Assembly: GCF_009914755.1 (NCBI RefSeq)
Contig: NC_060932.1
DNA: 64,000 nt
DNA from: the human T2T-CHM13v2.0 reference genome, Homo sapiens
Reading direction: 5' to 3' (one strand)
Below are positions 49,284 to 64,000 of this stretch, piece after piece (within the stretch, counting starts at the first letter, position 1; every line of letters begins with the position of its first letter). The notes beneath the pieces are model-generated. The model was not told the origin of the DNA, ran no database searches, and worked only from the letters and a program-made list of their open reading frames with translations. The translations under genes were made by a program, and so were the position numbers.

Positions 49284-50849
49284 TAGGTGCACACTACCAT
49301 GCCTGGCTAATTTTAGTATTTTTGGTAGATATGGGATTTCCCCATGTTGCCCAGGCTGGTCTCGAACTCCTGAGCTCAAGCGATCTGCCCACCTCAGCCT
49401 CCCACAGTACTGGAATTACAGACGTGAACCACCGCATCTGGTTTCAACTGTTCACTTCTTAAGTGTTTCATTTCATGTATGACAACTGTATACTCACATG
49501 TAACTATTATGCAATCAAGACACAGAAAATTTCCACCACCCCCAGAAAGTCCTTTTCTGCCCCTTTTAGGCAATTTCCACCACCTGGACAAGAGACAGCT
49601 ACTTCCTCACTGGCTTTTAGGAGACTAATGATTTTCATATATCTGAGGGTACTTAGGAAAATCTCAAGTAAAAGCGTATTCCAAGAATGTAAATGTGTTC
49701 AAAAATAAGGTACCATAACAATAGTATCAATAAGCAAACATCAGATAGTCTCAATGGAGGCTGAAAAGGCATTTAGGATAATTAGACACCTATTCTGGCT
49801 CTTAGAACGAACAGGAGGACACTTCACAATGATAAGAATTTCTGTAAGAAAACAAGAGCCAATTAATGGTGAAAGGCCTAGGTTTTCCCAATGAAATCAA
49901 ATCAAGATCAAAATGCCTGCCTTCTCTAAACACCCTTCAACATCATCCTGAGAGTTCTGACCTATGCCACAAGACATAGAACAAAAACAGAGACAGGTCT
50001 CCTGAAAGGGAGAAGAAAAAAAAAATCATGATATTCAGTATGATTGCATACTTAACAAACTGCAAGGTATAACAATAGTCATTTAAAACATGTATATGTG
50101 GATGAATGTGCACAAAATATAGCAGATAACCATTTAGAAAATGTATTTACAAGAGCATTCATTTCAAAAGGGTTACAGAACACATAATATACAAAGAAAC
50201 AGCCTTAGTAAGAAATAGCAATAATTGGAGTGGAGTGGGGGGAGAGAGAGCATTATGAAAAATAGCACATTTTATTACAATTGTTTTACTATTTCCCTAC
50301 TAATGTGGGAAGTCCCTTAGAGCAGGTACTGCATATTTTAATCTTGGCATACATTTTGCCTGGTACAAAATCAATTCTCACTAAATACTTGTAAAATCAT
50401 TGTATGCAGGAGGTAATAAACATTTTCTGTTATTGTTACTCCTCATTAGGTAACTCATTCCTGGCTGGGCACAGTAGTTCCTGCCTATAATCCCAGCACT
50501 TTGGGAGGCTGGGGCAGGTGGATTGCTTGAGTTCAGGAGTTCGAGACCAGCCTGGGCAATACAACAAAACATTGTTCCTACAAAAATTAGCTAGGCGTGG
50601 TGGCCTGTGCCTGTAGTCCTAGCTACTCAGGAGGGTGAGGTGGGAGGATCTCTTGAGCCCAGGAGGTCGAGGCTGCAATGAACCATGATTGCGCCACTAC
50701 ACTCCAGCCTGGGCAACACAGTGAGATCCTGTCTCAAAAAAACAAAAACAAGAAAGCCTCATTCTTCTAGGTAGAGTTTCTGCCTTCACAGTGGTTTTTA
50801 ATGCTGATTCATAATAGAATCTCTTTTAGGGAGCTGTAAAATATATGCT

Positions 50850-53105
<2,256 letters not shown>

Positions 53106-53109
53106 TTTC

Positions 53110-54440
53110 AGAAGAAAACGGCAGGATTAGATTAACCTGTGATTCCTGGCTGGCCACGAGGTCACCCATGGCATGGAGCTGCCCACAACGCCCTTCTCAG
53201 CATGAAGCATCCTGAAAGATCCAGGGCCAGGTTCCCCAGGATTGGGGAGTTGGTAAGTAGAAAGGAGGACTGAAACCAGCCGAATTCTCCCATAGAGCTG
53301 ATGTTTATGTTTTCTTTGAAAAAACATAGAAATTTATCCTCCTGGTGTTAGAACTTGAGAAAGTTATGTTTGTCTTAACTGAGTTCCTTTATCAGGAAAC
53401 CCACCATCAAACTTCCCAGACAATATCAAGGGGCTGAAACTTCCTGAGATCACTGCATTTGAACAGTGAGATGCCAGGCCCCTCACCACCATAATTGCCT
53501 AACCAACCACATGCTTCCTGTTGACCAGCCTCTCTTCCTTACCTGCTCTCTAATTCCTGTTTTCCTGCACATGGTTACATTCCTTACCCCTCTCTAGTTC
53601 CTGTTTTCTCACACATGTTTACTTTCCTTGCCCCTCTCTAATTCCTGTTTTCCCGCACATGGTTACATTTCTTCCCTGCTATATAAACCTTTAATTTTCC
53701 CTGGGAATACTTGTTGTCTCAGTGATTGGCCATCTGTGCATCAAGCAGCAGGACCTAGACCAAAACTCTGGTGTTTCAGGAACAAGAACAACTTACCTAT
53801 GGACAATTTTCATGCCTGTGGCTCTATGGGTTGCTCAGAAAGTTCACCAGAACAACTAATATAAACTACATACCAGGAAATTCATCAAAATTACTACTAC
53901 TTTTTGTCATTCCTCCATCTAAAGATGCTTCAAGCCCAACATCTAGAAATCTCAACTGACTGTCCTCTGGACTCAAAAACTGGGCTTGTATCATTTGCTC
54001 CAACCATTAACCTTTACTTTTCTTTTGTTTCCATAGAAATGCCTCTTATTAAATACCTGACTGACCACACCTTATAGAGGCCTGACCTAGGTGAAAGACC
54101 ACCTGTAACATCACCTCCTAAAATGAGATACAACTACCTAACTGGATAAAACTCTTCTCATGACTAAAAGACTTATTCAATAAGATATGGGGCAATATAG
54201 TTAGACTTATGTCCTGCCTGTTGCAATTTATGTTCCTGTTTTCCTTTATAGGTCTCTTGCCACTCAGTTACTAACCTGATTCTTCTCTCCACGGCCATCA
54301 ACTCGACTTTTAATACATGAAACTTCTCGGGAAGTTCCAGACGAGGGAAATGAGGGGGTTAAAATATGCTATTTTAGCATATTGACTATTTAAGTTAAAG
54401 ATACTTGAAAAACAGCAAGTGTGAAAAGATCACGCCCTAT
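53110..54440 (+). mobile_element. ERV1 (MER4-group) LTR and internal fragments
   Basis: LTR-like motifs, TATA (atataaa ~53681) preceded by three ~44-bp repeats. MER39/34-like start at ~54357. Confidence 0.5.
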
Positions 54441-54767
54441 GAGTGGGGCAAGGGAAGTTTTCCCATTTCATAAAGACACCAGCTACTGGGTTTAGGGCCC
54501 AAACTTATCCAATATGACCTCTTCTTAAGTAATTATATCTGCAAAGAACCCATTTCTAAAAAAGATCACATTCACAGGTACCAGAGTGTAGGGCTTCAAA
54601 ATATGCTTTAGGGGGACACATTCAACCCACAAAACCATACCAAGAAAATATGGTTCATGTACAGGGAAAGAAGAAATTGACAGATATCTGGGGAAGCTCA
54701 GACATTGGACTTTTTGGGCAAATGCTTTAAATCAACAATTTTAAATATGCTCAGATATTTAAAGGAA

Positions 54768-54782
54768 GTGTGTGTGTGTGTA

Positions 54783-54826
<44 letters not shown>
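54768..54826. repeat. (TG)n microsatellite; others at 37933-37979 (CT/CA), 56558-56590 (CA), 4493-4521 (TCAA), 62198-62225 (CAC)
   Basis: Read directly from the sequence. Confidence 0.95.
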
Positions 54827-54828
<2 letters not shown>

Positions 54829-55259
54829 CTAGAAGATTGCGGAGGATTAAAACAGTAGCTCGCAGCCCATGGCTTCCAGGATGGGCAGGTGCTGGAGGGA
54901 AATATTCTGGGGAAACCCAGAGCAGCACCTACACCTTTCCCTTGGGGAAACATCGATGCATCTATAGATATGTATACATACTTGTATGAACATATAGAGA
55001 ATATGCATAAAGAGATAAGAATTATTAAAAGGTCCCCAGTGGAAATCCTGGGGCCAAAAAAAATAAAGTACCTGAAGTAAACAACACAGCAGAGGGATTC
55101 CACAGCAGATTTGATCAGGCAGAAGAAAGAATCCGCTAATTTGAAGATAGGAGAAAAGAATAGGCCAGAGAGCCTCTGCGGTGTGCACGGAGGGCAGAAC
55201 TGCTTCACAAAAGCAGACCTTCCCTTGCTTGTCTTTTCTCACACTAGAGAAAGCAGTAG

Positions 55260-56098
55260 ATGATCCTATCTTTGAAGAGTGTGTTGTTAACATCAAGCAT
55301 AAGAAGACAGTAATTAGGGGTAAAATCCTGAGGTATGTATGAGTTAATGACCAAATTAACTATGGAAACTTACATAAGAAGTGTAGAGGCTTTGTTTGTT
55401 TTTCTTTTTGCCCCTGTCCTCCCATTCTGCCCTGAAACAGCTCTGAGTAACACAGGCTGTGTTCTTGCTGTGACTCACACCTCCCTGCCTTCTCTTCCTT
55501 CAGGCTTGCTGAAGTCGGTGGGGGCTTGTTTCCTGCCCCGGACTCCCTGGAATTTAAAGTGACATAGTCTTGGGGACTGGAATCCAGCACCTCCTTCTTC
55601 CCCTCCATGTGGGGACAGGGACACCAGCACTGGCTTGGCTCACCCACAGCCTCCCCCGGGGTTCTCTGGCTGCACCTGGGGCTACTGAGTGCTGCAGTCC
55701 AGCTCTGATGGAGCTGTCAGGGAAGAGGCAGTGGGTCCCTGAGTGGTGAACTGGCCCTGGTTTCTGGGGAAGTCCTGGTTCTGGGGGAGTCCTATGGTCC
55801 CTCTCCTGTGGCTTCCTCCAACCCTGGGCGGACCTTCACTTTTTCTCCGTCAACCCTTCCTGCATCCTCATCAGTGGGCCCAGGTTGCTCAGACCTGGAA
55901 GCACCTGGGAGACCCATTTCCCGCTCCCCTTGCCCTGGAGGACCCGCTCTCCCTCTCGCCCACAGCTCCTGGGAGGCCCAGGCGTGCCACCCACTGTCCA
56001 CCTTCCCCAGAGGAGAGGTGGGGCTGCTCTGTGCTCCCCACTGCTTCCCTCCTGCCCTGCCCATGAGCTCCTCAGCCTCACTTGGAGTCATGGGCTGT
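55260..56098 (+). pseudogene. Second degenerate copy of a TNFRSF10 3'UTR end plus 3' flank
   Basis: Collinear direct similarity to 46475-47260, e.g. ggggacagggacaccag, cccgctcccttgccctggag, gcctcacttggag. The poly(A) signal region has decayed to gaccaaattaactatg. Confidence 0.75.
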
Positions 56099-56557
56099 GA
56101 GCTATGGTTTGAATCCTCCACAATCCTCCAGTCTCATCTTTCCTCCTCTTAGAGTTGACCATGCTTTTCCTCCTGCTCAATTCTCCCTTTTTTTCCTTCC
56201 CTTTTCCTCCAAGTCACCACTAGGTAGGGCTCTACATGTGTGACCCTTCATTACAGGCGACCCTTATTCTTCAACTCTGTGCCCTTTTTCCTAACATTTG
56301 GCCTCTACTCGAAGCCCCCCAAAACATACAGTCAATAAAATTCTGTGAGTCCCCCTCCAAAGATGGAGAGGATGGCCTATGTTCTCGAGATGGGCAAAGG
56401 TGAGAGTTCAGTGTCCTGCTCCACCCAAATACCAGCTCCTCTCCCCAAAACCTCAATCACCATTATGCTGAGGGCAAAGAAGTTGTGAATATTTGTGAAT
56501 ACATCTTTGGCCACATTTCTAATCACCTTCATTAGGTGGCTCCCTAGAAGTAGAATA

Positions 56558-56593
<36 letters not shown>

Positions 56594-56960
56594 CTGTGAT
56601 TCCTACCAACAATACATCACTTTAGATCTGACATCACTGCTCTTTGATTTTCACTTCTGCTAACTAGGAAATAATTAATTGACGCCAATATGCATTTCTC
56701 TGCTTATTGAATTGTGTCCCATGTATTGATGTGTTGTTTGAATTTCTTTTTTCAAGCTGATTTTTTTAGGATTTGTGTATTGTCTGGGAAGACAGACTCC
56801 ATGCTTCCCAAATACTAATAACAAATTTCTAGTCTTTTTAATTTGCCTCTTCTTTTTGTCTTAGATTTTAATGTACAGAAGTTTTAAATGTTAAGTAGTT
56901 GAATCTATAGGTACACTTATTTTTTTTATGGTCATAAGCTTAGAAAATCCTTTGCCCAAC

Positions 56961-57100
56961 ATAAAATAAGAGAACTCTAATTTCTTAGGGAGATTTTTAT
57001 TAAATGATTAGATTTGTAGCATATAGTTGTATAAAATAAGATGAACTCTAATTTCTTAGGGAGGTTTTATTAAATGATTAGATTTGTAGCATATCATCGT
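56961..57100. repeat. 70-bp tandem duplication
   Basis: ataaaataag(a/at)gaactctaatttcttagggag...gatttgtagcatat occurs twice. Confidence 0.9.
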
Positions 57101-57863
57101 GTAAAGTACATGGACATTATTTTTGATATAGAAAGTGTAGTGTTCCCCTTCATTGTTCTGAGTTACTCTCATCTGTCCAACCCCAGCGAGCCACTGATTA
57201 TTCCCTTTCTCTGAACTTTGTGGTGTTTATGGAAGCTTCATTCCGTAGCACGAAGGCGTCAATCATTAATCTCGGGTGATTAGTCCTCAGGCATCTCCCT
57301 GCTCTGAGCTGAGGGGTGTGGTAGTGTTGAAAGTTGCAGTGCTCTGATCACGTGGTTGGTTCGACTGGTAACTGGTCCCTCTCTGGCAAGAGCCACCTCA
57401 TCAGTATCAACTCAGGAATGCTGGAAATCATTTTATGAATAAAAAATAAAGCCCCTCTCACCACAATTACTCAAGAAACTTCAGTGTTTTAAAGCTCTGT
57501 TCCCAGAGCCAGGAGCAGAGAAAAAAAGTAGATGTTCCTTATTATATCCCAGCCATGAATACCAGGAGAGAGGATCACTGGAGCCCTTTCAGAAGCTGCT
57601 TACCATGGCGCTCAGGGGAGAGGCCATGGTCGGAAGGAAAAAGTGTGGATGAGGAGTGTGATTGATGGCAAATGTTTGCTAATGTGGGACTAGCTGGACC
57701 CTGTTTTCTGGTGGTTCCTGAATCAGAGTTCTAGCACTACATACTGTAGTGTGGATTGGCTGTTTCAGGAACCTGGTCTCTCTGCAGTCGTTAGATTTCT
57801 GCATAAAGATTTAGCATAAATACTCTGTATAGAAGAAAAGAAAAATTTAAAAATTATATTTAA

Positions 57864-58095
<232 letters not shown>

Positions 58096-58669
58096 TAGCC
58101 AGGACGATCTCGATCTCCTGACCTCGTGATCCGCCTGCCTTGGCCTCCCAAAGTGCTGGGATTACAGGCGTGAGCCACCGCTCCCAGCCATGAAATATTT
58201 AAAGAAATTACACCACACAACCCATATTGACATCAACTGACCCCTAGAAACTAATGGAGGAATGTGTTAGGAAAAAATGTTCTGCCAGGGACCCATCTGA
58301 TATTGGCCTCAGACATTGGTCCCACTCACTAACAGATCTAAGAAACACGAGGTACCAGCCCTACTACCAAAAACTCTGAGTGCTATAGGCTCAGACAAAA
58401 AGGCAAACTTCTAGCTGAGAGAATATTAACAAATTACAGTGAGCAATATGTTCATAGTTCAAGACACTTCTGTGAACAGATGTGTGGATTTTCTTCACCC
58501 TGATCAATTATTCCACAACAGATGACTGCCCATAATTCAATTCACTTCTGACACTAATCAGAGGTAGTGCTGACCCCACAGGGTAAAGACTCAGTCCCAC
58601 AAGACTCCCCACACTTCAGGGGCAAATCACAAGTAGGAGGTCTGTGTCCCCATCCAGATTTCATTTTGC

Positions 58670-59025
58670 ATTGGCTCTGTGTCCCACCAAAATCTCCTTT
58701 TGAATTGTAATCCCCATGGGTCAGGGGAGGGACCTGGTGGGAGATGTCTGGATCATGGGGGTGGTTTCCTCATGCTGTTCTCATGATAGTTCTCGCGACT
58801 TCTGATGGTTTTATAAGGGTTTGGCAGTTCCTCCTTCACTCTCTTCTCTTTCTCCTGCCGCCTTGTGAAGAAGGTGCCAGCTTCCCCATCTCCTTCCGCC
58901 ATGATTGTGAGTTTCCTGAGGCCTCCCCGGCCATGGTGAACTGTGAGTCAATTAAACCTCTTTCCTTTGTAAATTACCCAGTCTCAGGTATCCCTTTATA
59001 GCAGGGTGAAAATGGACTAAAACAG
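58670..59025 (+). mobile_element. MaLR LTR (THE1/MST-type)
   Basis: ttggctctgtgtcccacc...tgtgagtcaattaaacctctttcctt motifs. Confidence 0.8.
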
Positions 59026-59571
59026 GGTCCCCAAGTCATCCACACCTTCTGTCTGACTTAGCTACTGATACATAATAGTGTTTGGTGACCCTAAATGTCT
59101 AAAAATGGAGTCACTTATGACAGGTGATCAGCCCACATTGAAATTGCTGACCCCTCAGAGTGAGAAGCGTATGTGTGGTGGACTGAGGTGATGAGAGGAC
59201 CTGCTGTGGACAGGCACCCCCTAGACCAGACAAGCAAGTGAAGCCAGAATGCAGCTGAGATCTTGGCTACAGACAAGCCTGCAGAGGGCCATAAAAACTG
59301 CAAAGACCCTGACCACAGCCAAGCAGCTGCTGCAACTCTGCCCATGAAAACTCAGAGGCCTCTTTCCCATGGGCTATGGAAGAAGAGCAGCGACAGCCCC
59401 CCACCGGTCCATGTTCTGAGGAAACCCGGACCTGCCAGTGTGTCAGTCAGCATGCTGGTCTCCTGACACGCTCACTGTGGTCACTTCCCCACCGTCTCAT
59501 CACCGCCTGTGTGTGTTGACTATATTTGCATGAGTGTGTATGTGCAAAAGCCACACAATAAACTGTGAATT

Positions 59572-60040
59572 TGCTGCAGGGAATTAAGGAACCAGAGAGA
59601 CCGATCAGGGTGCAGGAGAGTTTTTATTTCAGGTGTATACCGGCTCAGCAGACATGTGTCCTGAAAGTCTGAGCAGCAGACAAAGAAAGCAGTCACCTTT
59701 TAAGCAGTTTGTGGCAGGAGTTACCTGATCCTGGAAGCAGACTTACAGAAGGGAGAACAAAGACAGTGAATTATCATGTAACATTCTTTAGCTTACATTT
59801 TGGGAAAGCATGTGCTGTAACTTATGCTTATTTAGTAAGTATAAATGAAGAGAAACAGAAACTACAAGGTATGTGGAAAGAGACAAGGTTAATGCCTCAC
59901 TGTCTTTACAGAAAGGCAGTTAATATTCTTTCTTAGCTCTTACTTTGGGGGGGTGGTCACTAATGCCCATTACAGCTTTACTTTTTCTGTATTTTTTCAT
60001 TTTATAAGGACAATTAATATCTTTTAATTTTTCTACTTCA
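59572..60040 (-). mobile_element. LTR22-like (HML-5) LTR
   Basis: Minus-strand 3' end gctgagccggtatacacctgaaataaaaactc...ggtctctctggttccttaattccctgcagca. Confidence 0.55.
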
Positions 60041-60124
60041 AATTCATAAGAATTTCATTGGCCATTGAGTCATTGTGAAACCTCCTGGTCCCCCCACAAC
60101 TAGGCTAATTGGAACCCGACATGG

Positions 60125-60760
60125 GAGCCACCAACTGGAAGTTCCCATGATCCCCTTCTCAGGTTTCATCATTGACTAGGCTGGCTCACAGAAGCCAGGA
60201 ACATAGTTTACTTGCTATTGCCAATTTATTACAGAGGATATTTTTAATGATTATCAATCAACAGCCAGATGAAGAGATACACAGGGTCAGGGTTGTGAGG
60301 GTGCCCGGTGCAGGAGCTCTGTCCTCGTGGAATTAGGGCGTGCCACCCTCCCGACATGTGGATGGGTACTTGTTCACAAACCCAGAGTCTCTCTGAACTT
60401 TGTCCTCTTAAGCTTCTTTGGAGGCTTCATTGCTTAAGCTTGAGTGATTACATCATTGACCTTTGGTGATCACCTCAACATTCAGCCCCTCTTCTCTCAC
60501 CAGAGGCTGGGACATGGGGAGGGCATTTGCAGCTTCCACCAGGTAAGCAAAACCCAAGCAAAACTTCAGCAGGGGTTGAAGTTTCAACCCTCTAATCATA
60601 GGCCGGTTCCCCCTCCCGAGGCTGTCCAGGAGCCCCTAACCATCAGTCATCTCACTGGTGTACAAAGAGACATTGATCACTTCAGAGATTCCAAGGATTT
60701 CAGGAGCTTTGTGGCAAGAAACAGGAGCTGAGATCAAATATGTATCTCTTATTATTTCAC
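60125..60760 (-). mobile_element. MER21-like LTR (other part at ~58460-58640)
   Basis: cagccagatgaagagatacacaggg and caaccctctaatca motifs. Confidence 0.6.
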
Positions 60761-61271
60761 GGTCCACAACCAGGTCTCTGGACTCTCTTACAGCAAAACG
60801 ATATGCAACTCAAAAGATACTGGTAGGTTACTAGTCCTCCTCAGTCATTGATAATTAGTCCAGTCCATCATCATGTTATATGAAAATGTCTCCTAGGATG
60901 AGGCCACTCAGGTTTGCAGGCCTCCGTTCCCTCTGTCAGGTCCTAAAAGCAGGACAGGTCTCAGCAAACATGGAGCTTCCCCCTCCCAGATATCTGGAAT
61001 AATTGAGCTAAGAGACAATGTCATCTCCTTCTCAGTATTACTGTAATATAAGATTTCCCTCATTACATAAACCATGTATTCATTCCTTTACTCTCAGCAA
61101 CTCCTCCTCCTCGTTTTCATTTCTACTCAAACTTTTCTACTTTGGAAATAACTGTGATGGGCTGGCAGCAATACTAGTGTAACAAGTGTGTCCCTTCAGT
61201 GCACATCCATTCATACAGGGCAGGGTTACACAGGTGTAGAACTAGTGGGCTATTTTACCAATAGGCAACAA

Positions 61272-61685
61272 ATTAGTCCATTGTGTGTTGCTATAAAGGA
61301 ATATCTGAGGCTGGGTCATTTATAAAGAAAAGAAGTTTATTTGGCTTACGGTCCTGCAGGCTGCATGAGCATGGCATCTGCATCTGCTCAGCTTCTGGTG
61401 AGGGCCTCAGGGAGCTTCCAATCATGGAAGAAGGCAAAGGAGGAGCCAGCACATCACATGGTGAGAGGGAGCAAGAGATAGAGGTGAGAGGTCCCAGACT
61501 CCTTTAAACAACCAGCTCTCTAGTGAACTAACAGAGTGAGAACTCACTCATTACTGTGGAAAGGGCAGTGAGCCATTCATGAGGGTTCTTCCCCCATGAC
61601 GCTAACACCTTCACCAGGCCCATACCAACCTCAGGGATCACATTTCAATATGACATTTGGAGGGGACACACATGCAAACTGTATC
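61272..61685 (-). mobile_element. MST-type MaLR LTR
   Basis: ttagtccattgtgtgttgctataaaggaata...catgcaaactgtatca. Confidence 0.75.
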
Positions 61686-63362
61686 AGGCTATGTAGCTGC
61701 ATTTACTGTTAGCCCCAGTTTTGCAAGACTGGGGTCCCATCAGGTCCATAAGAAAATTGACAGAAAAGTCTAAACACGTAGTCTGTTCCTGGCTTAGGGG
61801 TCGTCGCTGCTTCCAGCGTTTATAGTTGTAGCCCTGGCCCTGTGGCCAAGGTACCAGGTGGTGGGTGGGGAGAAGGGGAGAGGTGAGGTAATACAGGGAA
61901 GACAGACAAAAATGACGGTCACTGGCCGGGCGCTGTGGCTCATGCCTATAATCTCAGCACTTATGGGATGCCAAGGCAGGTAGATTACCCGAGGTCAGGA
62001 GTTTGAGACCTGCCTGACCAACACAGTGAAACCCCGTCTCTGCTAAAAATATAAAAATTAGCTGGGCGTGGTGGCGGGAGGCTAAGGCAGGGGAATCACT
62101 TGAACCCAGGAGGTGGAGTTTGTAGTGAGCCAAGATCATGCCATTGCACTCCAGCCTGGGCAACAGAGCGAGACTGTGTCTCAAAAAAAAAAAAAAAACC
62201 ACTACCACCACCACCACCACCACCAACAAAATGACAGTCATCACACTAGCATCCTCCCCACCCCCTCATCCCCAGATCCACTGGAAAAATGGAGGAAAGT
62301 CTGGTGGGGACACTCCTTTAGCCCACTCGTGTGGAGTAGGGGCACACACCAGTGAAGGTGTGGAAGCCAGCCCTTCATGCCTGTGTCTCCCCCCATTTTA
62401 GACAATCAATGTTTCAGTTGACTGTTCCGCTTCCCTATCAAATTATTACTCTAAGGAGGGTATCTCTCTGCCCATTGCTAAACATTATGCACTGAACGGC
62501 ATGTTTCTTGGTCCAAGGAAGTGCGACTTAGTGGTCCAAACTAGAATAATACCTTATTTCAGTTCTTTTATATTAATAGCACTCTGGGCATTTGCAGCCT
62601 CCACCAGGTAAGCAAAAGACAATCCACAGTCAGTTTCTGTTCCTGTCAAGACTCACCTGTACCCCCCAGGGCACTGCCCTCAGTCTCACTTTCCAAGTAT
62701 GTTGAGGGCCTCCTCATCAGGGAATCTGCCTCATAGCTATAGGCAGTCTCTGTCTCTCCCGCTGCTAGACAGAACAGCTCTTATTGGCATTATGTGCCTG
62801 AGAGAGAGCAAGAGGAATGTGTTTCGATTCAGCCCATCTCTGCGTCACTGTGGTTCCCCCATAACCACTCCTTTTATTTAATGGCCTCTGGTGACCACCT
62901 CAAGGGAGTACATGGTGGGTGGTATCTCTTGCTGATGTCAATCACTTTCCAAACCTGAGGCAGGTTCTACTGAGCAGTATGGATGTGTCCTACTTTAATG
63001 CGCTCCTCAAGTCCCCCTAGAGATTGCCATAGGGTCAGGCCTCATATGGACATCCCTTCAATAGGCCAGTTTTCCATTATTCTTGGAAACAATGGGGAAT
63101 GTAGAGACGAATATCCAAATTTAATACACTTTATTTGAAAAGCAAGAATTGCAATGCTTGGCATATACAAAGACCAACTTGTCTTTGATATGTCCAAAGA
63201 CCAAAAAGAGAAGTTTAGAGGCTTTTTTAAAAGGAGAAATTCTGGCCAGGTGCAGTGGCTCATGCCTGTAATCCTGGCACTTTGGGAGGCCAAGGCGGGC
63301 GGATCACGAGGTCACGAGATCGTGACCATCCTGGCTAACACGATGAAACCCCATCTGTACTA

Positions 63363-63554
<192 letters not shown>

Positions 63555-64000
63555 CTAATTATTTTTTTTTCTAGGAAGCTCATTGGCACTGTCAAATTTG
63601 AAGAAGAGGCGTGCTCTGACTGGTGAGTGACTGCAGTGGGTCAGGCTGGTCTTAGAGCAGTAGCAGGTTATGTCCATAGATATTAGATAGGACTATTAAT
63701 AGTTTCAGGTTACAGCTGCCAGGCTTACAGAGAATTGCAGTTTGGGGGTAATACAGTGATTTTTCTTCCCCATGGCCTCTTGACTCTGTTTTAGTTGGGT
63801 GTGACAAGAATGACCCAATTTGTGCCATCAACTTTCACATTCTGCTTCCCAACTCTATGACCAAGACGTTGAGGACTGTTCATGAGCCAGAAAACAACTC
63901 AAGTACAGGGGCTTTTGCTGCTGTCAAATCTTCCATCACGCTAGGAAAACAGCATGCAATCCAACCCACCTAGCCAATTTGCCTTTGCCTTCTTCCATCA

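Overview
Human (primate) genomic DNA from the TRAIL-receptor cluster (8p21.3). The minus strand carries the 5' part of TNFRSF10B (DR5/TRAIL-R2): coding exon 1 (31721-31864) and exon 2 (6101-6206), separated by a 25.5-kb intron. Its CpG-island promoter has recognisable CHOP, ETS, Sp1, p53 and NF-kB elements, and an LTR12 (ERV9) solo LTR lies about 1 kb upstream. The plus strand carries a TNFRSF10D (DcR2)-like pseudogene: two frameshifted terminal exons with intact splice sites, a long 3'UTR and an AATAAA (43954-46590). The rest is mostly repeats: about 35 Alus, several L1s, a 7-kb MER4-group provirus with both LTRs and TSD, ERVL, and other LTR and DNA elements. Main structural observations: (1) 37.8-41.8 kb is an inverted paralog of DR5 intron 1. 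The pseudogene therefore looks like an internally deleted head-to-head paralog, and the DR5 promoter and exon 1 sit between inverted arms that share a ~0.85-kb high-identity core. (2) A second, older fossil TNFRSF10 3' end lies at 55.3-56.1 kb. (3) A ~950-bp inversion with TTAA at both ends has flipped an ERVL 3' LTR. (4) There are short templated insertions, LTR-internal motif amplifications and uORFs in the DR5 leader. Repeat subfamily names, reference protein sequences and percent identities come from recall or by-eye comparison, not from computation.
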